The position numbers and the translations under genes are program-made. A stretch of 64,000 nt of DNA from an uncultured archaeon (GTDB lineage Archaea > Nanobdellota > Nanobdellia > Woesearchaeales > CAIVOO01): contig CAIVED010000044.1 of assembly GCA_903904885.1 (NCBI GenBank), positions 5,579 through 69,578 on the forward strand, read 5' to 3'. Positions 45,624 to 55,132 of the stretch are shown piece by piece. Every line of letters starts with the position of its first letter. The stretch's first letter is position 1. The notes below the pieces were generated by a model, which ran no database searches, was not told the DNA's origin, and worked only from the letters and a program-made list of their open reading frames with translations.

Positions 45624-46591
45624 CAGATTCCCCCGGTATGGATTCTGATGTGGCCCGTTTTCAAGAGTTTTTCAGCCTCGCCTGATTTTAGCAGGTTGTT
45701 CTTCGCGCCGATGTGGGCTATTGTGCTTTCCGCATTGAACTGGCCAAGCCTTAGAGAATCTTCAAGCGACTTTCCCTTTATTATTCCTGCAGTCACGCCG
45801 GAGGCAAATGCATCCCCTGCGCCGGTGGTTTCGACCACATTTATTTTCCGCGGGATTACTGTGTATTTTTCTATGCCATTATAGGCATAGGCGCCATTTT
45901 TTCCATCTGTGATTATTACGATTTTTGCGTATTCCTGCAGCTTTTTGAGCATATTGTTGATATTTTCCTTTCCAGCAAGAAGCTGCGCCTCTTCCCTGTT
46001 CAGCACAAGAAGGTCGCAGTCTGTAAGTATTTCCTTAAGATATCCAATCCCTTTTTTTGCAAGATAGGTGCTTGGGTTAAAAGCATATTTTATCCTGTTC
46101 TTTTTTGCGTAGGCAGCTATTTTTTTAAGGGTTTCAAAAGACTGGCCAATCATTGATGAGAAATAGAACCATCTTGCTTTCAGCTTCCCGAAGCTGACAT
46201 CGGCCGGTTTCAAATCATCTGCCATGCCCTTGTAGGCAAGTATTGTCCGGTCCTTCTCAAGCCCGGTTATTATAACTGAGTAGCCGGTGTTGCCTTTTTC
46301 AGACCCGCCGATAAAATCAACATTTTCATTTTTCAGCTCACTGAGAACTTCCCTTGCGCTCTTGTCATCGCCAATCTTCCCCAGGTAGGCTGTCCTTAGC
46401 CCTAGCCTTGAAAATGAAACTGCGGTGTTGGTTCCCCCGCCGCCTGTGCAGAAATGAATTCGGTCAACCAGGATTTTGGTTCCTATCGGATAGCATACCT
46501 CATGAAGGGAATTATGTTTCAGAATCTCCGGATTCCTTGTTCCTATGAAAACGTCCTCTGTTGCGCTTCCTACAGTTATTATGTCATGCAT
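45623..46591 (-). CDS. PfkB-family carbohydrate/ribokinase-like kinase.
   Basis: VVETTGAGDAFASG (anion hole / DTxGAGD), N-terminal GG motif (CTGGGGTN). The start was set at MHDIITVGSA. Confidence 0.75.
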   Translation of the reverse strand: MHDIITVGSATEDVFIGTRNPEILKHNSLHEVCYPIGTKILVDRIHFCTGGGGTNTAVSFSRLGLRTAYLGKIGDDKSAREVLSELKNENVDFIGGSEKGNTGYSVIITGLEKDRTILAYKGMADDLKPADVSFGKLKARWFYFSSMIGQSFETLKKIAAYAKKNRIKYAFNPSTYLAKKGIGYLKEILTDCDLLVLNREEAQLLAGKENINNMLKKLQEYAKIVIITDGKNGAYAYNGIEKYTVIPRKINVVETTGAGDAFASGVTAGIIKGKSLEDSLRLGQFNAESTIAHIGAKNNLLKSGEAEKLLKTGHIRIHTGGI

Positions 46592-46622
46592 GGTGAAAAA
46601 GAAATTAAAAAAAATAAAAAAA

Positions 46623-47015
46623 TTAAGATCTCTCAGCAAATGCGTAGAGCTCTTTCAATGAGACCACAATTCCTGCAGGCACTACCAATATCATTAGGTA
46701 TGTCAATAGTCCTTGCAAAAACTTGCCTATGAAATCAAAGCTTGAGCCCTGACCCACTATGCCCAGATATGTTGAGCCGAAGCCGAACATTATCACAAGC
46801 ACTGCGCTTGCAAGCAAGAAAGGCATTGTTTCCCTTGCTGAAATGTTTAGCAGCCCTACCAATATGCCCAATACCACCAATAGTGAGAGCACCACAGTGT
46901 TTGTTGCAACAACGGGGTTTATTATCGCTATTATTGCCCAAACAACCGCAAGAAGGACTCCCAGCAAAAAGGCGTACCTGCCAAGAAGGGCAGCTGTCCT
47001 TATTCCTTTTTTCAT
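46623..47015 (-). CDS. Integral membrane protein (4 TM), unknown function.
   Basis: Track ORF. Confidence 0.4.
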   Translation of the reverse strand: MKKGIRTAALLGRYAFLLGVLLAVVWAIIAIINPVVATNTVVLSLLVVLGILVGLLNISARETMPFLLASAVLVIMFGFGSTYLGIVGQGSSFDFIGKFLQGLLTYLMILVVPAGIVVSLKELYAFAERS

Positions 47016-47135
47016 TATAACACCTCCTTTTTGAATATTTTTATGAGTCTTATATTATGGTTATTTAAAAAGGTTGCTATATAACTGAGGGGATTCCTGA
47101 GTCTTTTAATAAAACCAAAAACAACAGATATGCTG

Positions 47136-48065
47136 TCAAGCAATCCTATCAAGAACCCCGTGCGCATTAACTGCCCTTTCCTTCTGCTCCAAATCCAGCC
47201 ATTTCTTTCCCATCTTTGCAGACAGTTCAATTCGCAGAATCTCCTTTTCCCTGTTGGATACTCTTGCGATTTTGTCTGCTTCAATCAGGCCGTAGGGATA
47301 GCCGAGGAAAATCGGGTCGTTGGAAATGAAGGCAATCTGCCCCAATATTTCTGTGCCTGTTCCTGCCAGCAAATCACACCTGAACAAATAATCAGAGTCC
47401 GGATGCAGTTTTGCAATGAATGTCTTGAAATTCCCCGAATCAGAAACAGGAACATAAAACCTTTCCCCTGGCGCAGACCTGCTTATCAGAAACGGCAAAG
47501 ACTCCCCTGAAAAACCGACCATTGATGTTGTCTTTGAGATGGCGCACAAACCGGCATTTTTTATCCTTGAAGCTTTTATCAGCTTTTCAATTGCGTTCTT
47601 TTCCAAATCTGATTTTGTCTCCAGCGAGCCGTCAAGGACAACCAACTCTGGTTTTTCATTTTCAACCATCCTGCAGGCAAGATTAATCTCGGCAATCTTC
47701 CTTGCTGCATCTGCGAAAGACGAAAACTCCTGGTTCATAAAATAGAAAACCAGGTCGGTTTCAGTTGCAAGGGTTCCCTTGACATTTGAAATCCTTGTTT
47801 TAACCACAATCTTGTCCTTCTCGCGCTCAAGATAAAAGAATGCATAGAACTCTGCAATCTCTGTTTTTATCTTTTCCCTGCCGCTGAAAATTACACCGGC
47901 AGCCCTGATGAACTGGATTGAGAAATCCGCGCCTCCGGCAATTTCCGCATTTCCGCCATCAACAAACAAAATGCTTCCGGGTTTCGGCTCTATCTTGACG
48001 AATGATTTCGGAGGAATTTTTTCAGGATTCCCCATTCTTGACAGCTGGTCTATTATTTCCTGCAT
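47136..48065 (-). CDS. nurA: NurA-like 5'-3' nuclease (RNase H-like fold).
   Basis: SILFVDGGNAEI and LVVLDGSLE aspartate motifs. ~310 aa. The start was set at MQEIIDQL. Confidence 0.45.
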   Translation of the reverse strand: MQEIIDQLSRMGNPEKIPPKSFVKIEPKPGSILFVDGGNAEIAGGADFSIQFIRAAGVIFSGREKIKTEIAEFYAFFYLEREKDKIVVKTRISNVKGTLATETDLVFYFMNQEFSSFADAARKIAEINLACRMVENEKPELVVLDGSLETKSDLEKNAIEKLIKASRIKNAGLCAISKTTSMVGFSGESLPFLISRSAPGERFYVPVSDSGNFKTFIAKLHPDSDYLFRCDLLAGTGTEILGQIAFISNDPIFLGYPYGLIEADKIARVSNREKEILRIELSAKMGKKWLDLEQKERAVNAHGVLDRIA

Positions 48066-48119
48066 GATTCGTTTATTATTTTGACAAGATTTAAATACTT
48101 TGTTCGATTTACGCTCCAT

Positions 48120-48578
48120 ATGAAATACCAGTTTCTTGTGCTTTTTGCAATTGCTGCAATAATCCTGGCTGGCTGCGCAAGGCAGGAACCTGCTTCAACA
48201 GCAAGCCCGGCAGCAGCCGGAGCTAAAACAGATGCAACTGCCCCTGCAGCATCAGGTGGCGTTGACGTTGCAGCAATCAATCTTACAGCAAGCTCGCCAA
48301 GCTACAGCCCAGCGGATAGGGTTTCATTCTATCCTGTTGTGCAAAATCTCGGAGATGCTGTGACTGGCGTCGATGTGGGGCTTTATATAGACAACAAACT
48401 AATACACACATTCACATTTGATTTCAAGAAAAGTGGCGAAATGAAAAGCGGGCTTTTCACCTGGTACCCTGAAAAGGAAGGCAGCTATTCTGCTAAAATT
48501 GCTGTCGACCCCGACAGCAGGCTGAACGACAAAAATCCCGCAAACAACCAGTTCTCGACGAATATCCAGATAGGATAA
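48120..48578 (+). CDS. Lipoprotein with a CARDB-like domain.
   Basis: Lipobox LAGC. Ala/Pro-rich linker. AINLTASSPSYSPADRVSFYPVVQNLGDAVTGVDVGLYIDN... TATA ATTTAAATA at ~48090, ~25 nt upstream (leaderless). Confidence 0.5.
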   Translation: MKYQFLVLFAIAAIILAGCARQEPASTASPAAAGAKTDATAPAASGGVDVAAINLTASSPSYSPADRVSFYPVVQNLGDAVTGVDVGLYIDNKLIHTFTFDFKKSGEMKSGLFTWYPEKEGSYSAKIAVDPDSRLNDKNPANNQFSTNIQIG

Positions 48579-48623
48579 ACCGCCATGGAAACTTTTTTAA
48601 AGCTTCCCAGTTTGTCCTAGTCC

Positions 48624-50690
48624 ATGGCCTATGAATTAATTATCACAGAGAAGCCCAAAAGCGCCCTTAAGATAGCCCAGGCGCTCGACGACAAGATTGG
48701 CAAGGATGCCATAAACGGTGTTCCTTTTTACAAACTGAAATACAAGGGGAAGGAAATTGTCATAACATCCGCAGTTGGCCATTTGTACAGCCTGGCTGAA
48801 AAAACCTCAAGCAAGTGGGCCTATCCTGTGTTTGACATCGAGTGGAAAGAGGGCAGCGAAGTAAAAAAAGAAAGCTCCCATGTTGCAAAATACATAAATG
48901 CAATAAAAAAACTGTCGAAGGACGCGAATTCTTTCACAGTCGCAACAGATTATGACATTGAAGGGGAAGTTATCGGGCTGAATGTGGTCCGCTATGCATG
49001 CAAGCAGAAGGATGCCGCAAGGATGAAGTTCTCAACATTGACAAAGCCGGATTTAATCAAGGCCTATGAAAACAAGTCAAAAAAGCTTGACTGGGGAATG
49101 GCCCTGGCAGGAGAAACGAGGCATGAGCTGGACTGGTATTATGGCATCAACATTTCAAGGGCGCTTACCCATGCGATTAAGACAACAGGAATGTTCAAGA
49201 TTCTGAGTTCAGGAAGGGTCCAGGGCCCTGCGCTGAAAATTGTTGTTGACAAGGAAAAGGAAATCATGAAATTCAAGCCAGAACCATATTGGCAGATAGA
49301 GCTTCTTGGAAATGTTTCCGGCGCATTGATTGACGCATGGCATATTGCGGACAGGTTCTTTGACAAGAAAAAAGCAGATGCAGTGATGGAGAAAACCAAA
49401 AACCAGAAGGCAAAAATAAGCGATGTTGACAGAAGGAGATTCAACCAGGATGCGCCGAATCCGTTTGATTTGACAACCCTGCAGACAGAGGCCTACAGGT
49501 GCTTCAAAACCAGCCCTAAGAACACGCTTGCAATTGCCCAGAGCCTTTACACAGAAGGTTTTATTTCTTACCCGAGAACAAGCTCCCAGGTTTTGCCAAA
49601 GGAAATCGGATATGATAAAATCCTGGATGATCTTGGGGTGCAGAAAATTTACGCAAAGCTTACTTCACAATTATTAAAAAAGGGCAAGCTTGAGCCGAAC
49701 AACGGCACAAAAACAGACCCTGCCCATCCGGCAATTTATCCCACAGGAATCGAGCCGAAAAATCTCGATGAGCGGGAAGCAAAGGTGTATGACTTGATTG
49801 TCAAAAGGTTCCTTGCCACATTCGCTGATATCGCAGTAAGGGAAACGCTGAAGATTGAGATTGACTGCAATGGGGAAAAATTTGTTGCAAAGGGCACGGT
49901 CACAATTGAAAAGGGCTGGCATATTTTTTACGAGCCCTACACTGATTTCAAGGATGAGGAACTGCCTAATGTGAAAAAAGGCGAAGAGGTAAAGGTTGTC
50001 GAGATAAAAATGCATGACAAGGAAACCCAGCCGCCAAGAAGATATACTCCTGCCTCAATAATCAAAGAGCTGGAAAAAAGAAATCTTGGCACAAAGGCCA
50101 CAAGGGCAAATATTATTGACACTCTTTATGATAGGGGCTATGTCAGCGGGGAAAATCTCCAGGCCACTGAACTTGGAATAAAAACCGTTGAGAGCCTTGA
50201 GCAGTTCTGCCCGGAGATTGTTGACGTTGAGCTGACCAGGCACTTTGAAGAGGAGATGGATGAAATCCAGGAAGGGAAGAAAAAGCCCCAGGAGATTCTT
50301 GATGAGGCAAAGAAAGTCCTAACAAAAATACTTGAGGAAATAAAAAAGAAGGAAGGCCAGATTGGCGAGAAACTGCGGGAGGCCTTCAAGGAAACCACAA
50401 GGAAAGCCAACATTCTTGGGAAATGCCCTGCCTGCAAGGAAGGCAATTTAAGGATAATTGTTTCAAGAGCATCCGGCAAGAGGTTCATTGCCTGTGACAA
50501 ATATCCGGAGTGCAAAACCACCTTCGGAATCCCCCAGGGCGGGGCGATAAAAGAAGTCAAGGAGCTGTGCAAGGACTGCGGTTATCCGATGATTCTTGTT
50601 TTGACAAAAGGAAAGAGGCCGTGGAAATTATGCATGAACCCTAATTGTCCGTCTAAACAACAAATGATGAATGCGAGTGTGGAGATATAA
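48624..50690 (+). CDS. topA: Type IA DNA topoisomerase (TopA/Topo III-like) with C-terminal zinc ribbons.
   Basis: Toprim (LIITEKPKSALKIAQAL...VATDYDIEGEVIG), active-site region (GFISYPRTSSQVL), C-terminal CPACKEG...CDKYPECK...CKDCGYPM. No helicase domain, so this is not a reverse gyrase. Confidence 0.85.
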   Translation: MAYELIITEKPKSALKIAQALDDKIGKDAINGVPFYKLKYKGKEIVITSAVGHLYSLAEKTSSKWAYPVFDIEWKEGSEVKKESSHVAKYINAIKKLSKDANSFTVATDYDIEGEVIGLNVVRYACKQKDAARMKFSTLTKPDLIKAYENKSKKLDWGMALAGETRHELDWYYGINISRALTHAIKTTGMFKILSSGRVQGPALKIVVDKEKEIMKFKPEPYWQIELLGNVSGALIDAWHIADRFFDKKKADAVMEKTKNQKAKISDVDRRRFNQDAPNPFDLTTLQTEAYRCFKTSPKNTLAIAQSLYTEGFISYPRTSSQVLPKEIGYDKILDDLGVQKIYAKLTSQLLKKGKLEPNNGTKTDPAHPAIYPTGIEPKNLDEREAKVYDLIVKRFLATFADIAVRETLKIEIDCNGEKFVAKGTVTIEKGWHIFYEPYTDFKDEELPNVKKGEEVKVVEIKMHDKETQPPRRYTPASIIKELEKRNLGTKATRANIIDTLYDRGYVSGENLQATELGIKTVESLEQFCPEIVDVELTRHFEEEMDEIQEGKKKPQEILDEAKKVLTKILEEIKKKEGQIGEKLREAFKETTRKANILGKCPACKEGNLRIIVSRASGKRFIACDKYPECKTTFGIPQGGAIKEVKELCKDCGYPMILVLTKGKRPWKLCMNPNCPSKQQMMNASVEI

Positions 50691-50712
50691 AAAGATTTAT
50701 ATATTCATTTGT
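50691..50712 (+). promoter_or_regulatory. TATA (tTTATATAtt / tgTATAAAt) for the pentapeptide-repeat gene.
   Basis: Directly after the topA stop, ~25 nt before the ATG at 50725. Confidence 0.4.
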
Positions 50713-50724
50713 ATAAATTTAATT

Positions 50725-51591
50725 ATGGCAAACGAAGAGGTGCTTGTTCGAAAGGATAGGATATTGCCTAGAAGCGCTCCGGATAAATTATTCTTAAGTT
50801 TATTAATGGGCGGAGCGTGGCACAAGGACTGGACTTTTGAGGAAAGAAGAGCAAATTGGAATAAGATGGTTAGGGAATTTATGATAGTGCCAATAATCCT
50901 TGAACATATAAGTCTTAAGGGATTAAATTTTAAGGGATTTATGTTTTACCGGGCTATTCTTTCCAGAGCAAATCTTGAAGGAGCCAATCTTTCAGAAACT
51001 GACATGCGAAATTCCCGTCTTTCCTATGCTAACCTTTCAGGTGCAAATCTTTCATCTGCAAATCTTGAAGGAGCAAATTTACTTTGCGCAAATTTGGCAG
51101 GCGCAGATATGCGAGTTGCTAACCTAAAAAATGCCAACTTAAACAGCGCCATTTTAACCGCAGCGAATCTTTCCGGGGCATGTCTTCAAAATGCAAATAT
51201 ATCAACTGCTGCGTCTGGTCATAGTAAGACACATCTTGATAGGGCTAATCTTTCAGGAGCAGACTTGTCAGACGCAACGGTAATAAAGGCAATTCTTTCT
51301 CATGCAGATCTCTCAGGAGCATACTTTCACAACACAGAGATAAAACTATCAAATTTAAGTTACTCTAACCTTTCTAAAGCTACCTTTTATGGTGGGGAAA
51401 TCAACAACGTTGATTTGTCAGGTGCAAATCTTCAGGAAGCAAAGTTTACAAAAGTTGATATAAGCCCTAAAAGCACTGAAAGCTTGAGATTGGCGAATGT
51501 TTCTGGTGCTATTTTTGAAAATGTACGCTTCAACGTTAAAGAGCAAGTTCTTGAAGAGCTCAGGAGTCGTGGCGCCATCATAGTGGAATAA
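50725..51591 (+). CDS. Pentapeptide-repeat protein (Qnr/MfpA-like right-handed quadrilateral beta-helix).
   Basis: More than 25 tandem A(N/D)L(S/T)xA(N/D)L repeats (ANLEGANLSETDMRNSRLSYANLSGANLSSANLEGANLLCANL...). Confidence 0.8.
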   Translation: MANEEVLVRKDRILPRSAPDKLFLSLLMGGAWHKDWTFEERRANWNKMVREFMIVPIILEHISLKGLNFKGFMFYRAILSRANLEGANLSETDMRNSRLSYANLSGANLSSANLEGANLLCANLAGADMRVANLKNANLNSAILTAANLSGACLQNANISTAASGHSKTHLDRANLSGADLSDATVIKAILSHADLSGAYFHNTEIKLSNLSYSNLSKATFYGGEINNVDLSGANLQEAKFTKVDISPKSTESLRLANVSGAIFENVRFNVKEQVLEELRSRGAIIVE

Positions 51592-51641
51592 GGAGATTTC
51601 CTACCCCAGTATACAAAATAGTAACATTTATATATTGGTCT

Positions 51642-54299
51642 TTGTTCACGGTATATATGGTATATATCAAGAGAGGCAGCGCAAATGATTCTATCATTTG
51701 CTGGTCTTTTTTCGCTAACGCTCAAAAAGGCGCAATACTATTTACCATCTTCCTGCTGGCAGCTTCTATTGTTTTGGCAGCCCATTCTGCGTCTGTAATA
51801 ACTGATTATTCGCCAATCTACGAAACAACATCGGGCAACTTCTCACTCACGGTTTCAAACGGGATTTTGAGCTCAAATTCAATAAACAATGTTTCCGCCG
51901 CTTTGAACGGATTCAGCCTTCTGTCGACAATCGCTTTAGTCGGCTGGCAGCCGAATTCATCGGGCAATGTTCTGTCATTCCTTACATCAGATCACAAAAT
52001 CAGCAACTGGGGAAGCCAAACTTTCGGCTTCCAGCTGAAGGCAGGGAATGTCGACCAGAATACAACAGTTGACTGGCCGGTTACATCGGTAGACACGGCA
52101 GGAGCAGCAGATGTTGACACTCTTCAGATTCTCATATTGAACGATGACACCGCGCCAATAATATCTGGCATAATTCCACAAAATGGCTCGTTCATAAAAA
52201 AAGGAACATCCAGCCAGCAGTTCTCGCTGATAGCAGTTGACCCTGAGACAGGCGTTGCGTCAGTAGCAGGAAAATACGGCCTCTGCAGCAATCTCTCAGT
52301 TTCACTTTCATTCACAAAAACAAACGACAGCTACATGACAACCAGCGACCTTTCATCATACGATGACAGCACTGTTTTGTGCTATGAATATGATGCCCAA
52401 AACAACGGCGGCGCAACAGCTGTTATAAACGGAATGTTCACAATTGACGGCGTTCCTCCAGTTGTAACATTAATCTACCCTGACAATGGGATTTACATGA
52501 ACAACAATTCACTATTCAGCTATTCTGCAACAGACAATCTTGCGCCGACAATAAGCTGCGCGGTTTCAGCAGACAATTCAGAGTTTGATTCCGTAATAAT
52601 CAACAACGGAGAAACAGCAAATGCCTCGGTTGATAATCTTTCAGAGGGCCAGCATAGCTGGAATGCAAGCTGCACCGATTTGGCAGGCAACAAAGGGGTT
52701 TCTGAAACAAGGTCATTCACACTTGACAGGACAGCGCCTTTAATCAATGTAACAAGCCCAGGCTCAGGCGCAGTGAACAAGGCAGGAATCCCGGTTAATG
52801 TTACTGTAACAGACAATTACGGAGTTGCCTCAATCTGGTACGAATTCCAGGACACAAGATATGACAATGTAACAAGCCAGTTCTCGGTCAATACAGACAA
52901 TGCAACAGACGGCGAGAATGTTGTCTCAATCCACGCAACAGATGTTGCAGGCAACGAGGCAGTCCTTAATTATGTGATGATTGTTGACAAAAAAGCGCCC
53001 ACAATAGATTTAACATCCCCCGAAGACAATGCAACTGTGGATGTCCATGTTCCTTTCGTGATGACTGTAACTGACAATTATGATCCTTTGCTTGACTGCT
53101 CGGTAATTGTTGACGGTGTTTTCTGGTCAAACCTGTCCGCTGAAAACGGCAATGTGACAAGGGAAACTGTCATTATACCTCCGGGAGCAAAATCAATAAT
53201 GGTCCAGTGCACTGATGATGCTGACAACTCAGGCCAGACTGAAGCAAGGATGGTTAACATCCAGGACATGTCAGGGCCTGACATAATAATAAACGATGTC
53301 CAGGATGTTGTGAGGGGTGAAACCGCAGTTTTCATTGCAAACATAACTGACATAAGCGGAATTGATGATTCCTCTGTAAGCGCATTATTAACACTGCCAA
53401 ACGGCTCATCAGAGCCGGTATCATTAAGCAAAAGCGGAGATATTTACACAGGCAGCTATCCCACAACCGCAGATTCCGAGCTTGGAGAATACAACCTGGA
53501 GATAGATGCAAAGGACACAATCGGCAACGGAAACAATGCAAGCGAAAAATTCAATGTCATACATTCCTATTCTGTGACCCTTCAGGTAACAAGCCCGGTC
53601 TATGAAAACGACCAGGTGACTGTTTCAGGAACAGCAGCAAGGGATGACGGCAATCCTGTTGCAGGAAATAAAATAGATGTTGCCCTCCCATCAGGAAACG
53701 CAACCCTTGATTTGGTTAACAATTCATTTTCAACAGCATTCAGCGCGCCTTCCCAGGGAAGCTATCCAATCAAGGCATGGATACTGATTGGCAACAGGGA
53801 GTTCAATGCAACAAAAAATCTTCAAGTTGATGCAAGAAGCTCCGGCGGAGGAGGGCACCACAGCAGCGGCGGAAGCAGCGGAAGCGGCGGCCATGTCACA
53901 GTTGCAATGCCTCCAAGCGGAGATAATGCAGGCCTGCTAACATGCGACTGCAGCGAGGATCAGGACTGCATAGACGGAAAGTGCGTGAGCAAGCCAAAGC
54001 AGGTTGTTGTGGAGACGGAAAAGGAACCTTCAGCAACTCCTGTTGAGCCGGTTGTTTCAGGAAATAATGCAGGCAATGTGACTGTTGCAGACAACAGCGG
54101 GGCAGGCATAGGAAAGGCATCAGGATTCTTCAACCTAAGCAACGTCAGCTGGAGCACACTGCTTTGGATAATACTGGGAATCATAGTCATAGCCGGAGCG
54201 ATAAAAATGCTTTCAGGAAACAGCGGCGGAAACAGCGGATTTAATTTCTCTGAGATGGAAAGATACATCAAGCAAAGAAAGCGAAACTCAAGGGAGTAA
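51642..54299 (+). CDS. Large cell-surface protein with repeated Ig-like domains, a Gly/Ser/His-rich linker, a Cys-rich module and a C-terminal TM anchor.
   Basis: Signal-like ILFTIFLLAASIVLAAHSA. Repeats (D..P.I..TSP..G/A..N). CDCSEDQDCIDGKCV. Anchor LLWIILGIIVIAGAI. Many N-x-S/T. Confidence 0.5.
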   Translation: MFTVYMVYIKRGSANDSIICWSFFANAQKGAILFTIFLLAASIVLAAHSASVITDYSPIYETTSGNFSLTVSNGILSSNSINNVSAALNGFSLLSTIALVGWQPNSSGNVLSFLTSDHKISNWGSQTFGFQLKAGNVDQNTTVDWPVTSVDTAGAADVDTLQILILNDDTAPIISGIIPQNGSFIKKGTSSQQFSLIAVDPETGVASVAGKYGLCSNLSVSLSFTKTNDSYMTTSDLSSYDDSTVLCYEYDAQNNGGATAVINGMFTIDGVPPVVTLIYPDNGIYMNNNSLFSYSATDNLAPTISCAVSADNSEFDSVIINNGETANASVDNLSEGQHSWNASCTDLAGNKGVSETRSFTLDRTAPLINVTSPGSGAVNKAGIPVNVTVTDNYGVASIWYEFQDTRYDNVTSQFSVNTDNATDGENVVSIHATDVAGNEAVLNYVMIVDKKAPTIDLTSPEDNATVDVHVPFVMTVTDNYDPLLDCSVIVDGVFWSNLSAENGNVTRETVIIPPGAKSIMVQCTDDADNSGQTEARMVNIQDMSGPDIIINDVQDVVRGETAVFIANITDISGIDDSSVSALLTLPNGSSEPVSLSKSGDIYTGSYPTTADSELGEYNLEIDAKDTIGNGNNASEKFNVIHSYSVTLQVTSPVYENDQVTVSGTAARDDGNPVAGNKIDVALPSGNATLDLVNNSFSTAFSAPSQGSYPIKAWILIGNREFNATKNLQVDARSSGGGGHHSSGGSSGSGGHVTVAMPPSGDNAGLLTCDCSEDQDCIDGKCVSKPKQVVVETEKEPSATPVEPVVSGNNAGNVTVADNSGAGIGKASGFFNLSNVSWSTLLWIILGIIVIAGAIKMLSGNSGGNSGFNFSEMERYIKQRKRNSRE

Positions 54300-54301
54300 A
54301 A

Positions 54302-55132
54302 TTGCTAGAGCAACTAAGACTTAATCTTGTGGAGCGAAGGCCTTATGTTGCGTTTTTCATAGGAATTGCCTATGTTTTCATTGCTTTCCTGACATCAAAG
54401 ATTTTCTTTCCGCAGATAATCTCCGTGGCAACACTGTTCCTTGTTACGCTTCTTTTGGTTCCCACGGTAATAAAGCTGATGGGCGACGAGGAAGAGCGCG
54501 AGAGCAAGGACGGAACCAGGAATTTTTTCAGGGACCACAGGGATATTTTTGAGGTGTACATATTTTTATTCCTCGGGCTTCTTGCCGGCTCGCTTCTGCT
54601 TGCCTGGAGCACAGACATCTCCAATTTCAGCTACCAGATGAACTACCTCCAGCACAATGAGGGGCTGAGCAGCGAGCTGATTCAGTCAAAGGCTGCAACA
54701 GGGCTGACTTTCTCGCTTAATTCCTTTCTCGGCGTCCTGCAGAACAATCTCCTGGTGATTCTCATATGCTTTGCACTGTCCTTTTTTTACGGCGCAGGCG
54801 CAATGTTCCTGGTAGTGTTAAATGCCAGCATATTCTCAACATTCATTTTCTTTGTCATGCGGGAGCTTCCAACCATGGCAAACAAGGCGGCAATACTCGC
54901 AATATTCTGCATCCATATGGTGCCTGAGCTTGCGGGATTCCTGCTGGCGGCAATAGCTGGCGGTGTTATTTCCAAGGCTGTCATGAATGAGAAGATTTTC
55001 AGCGAGCAGTTCAGGAATGTAATGAAGGATGCGCTTGTCTTGTTTTTGATGGCAGCAGTAATAATTGTAATCGCAGCTTTCCTTGAGTCATATGTCACAA
55101 CATCGCTGTTTAACCTGCTTATAGCTAAATGA
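54302..55132 (+). CDS. SpoIIM/DUF95-family membrane protein.
   Basis: 6 TM with the characteristic GxxxG-rich helices (ILICFALSFFYGAGAMFLVVLNAS...). Confidence 0.45.
   Translation: MLEQLRLNLVERRPYVAFFIGIAYVFIAFLTSKIFFPQIISVATLFLVTLLLVPTVIKLMGDEEERESKDGTRNFFRDHRDIFEVYIFLFLGLLAGSLLLAWSTDISNFSYQMNYLQHNEGLSSELIQSKAATGLTFSLNSFLGVLQNNLLVILICFALSFFYGAGAMFLVVLNASIFSTFIFFVMRELPTMANKAAILAIFCIHMVPELAGFLLAAIAGGVISKAVMNEKIFSEQFRNVMKDALVLFLMAAVIIVIAAFLESYVTTSLFNLLIAK

Noticed and set aside
48624-50690. Reverse gyrase
   Set aside because: Only a type IA topoisomerase core with zinc ribbons. No SF2 helicase domain.
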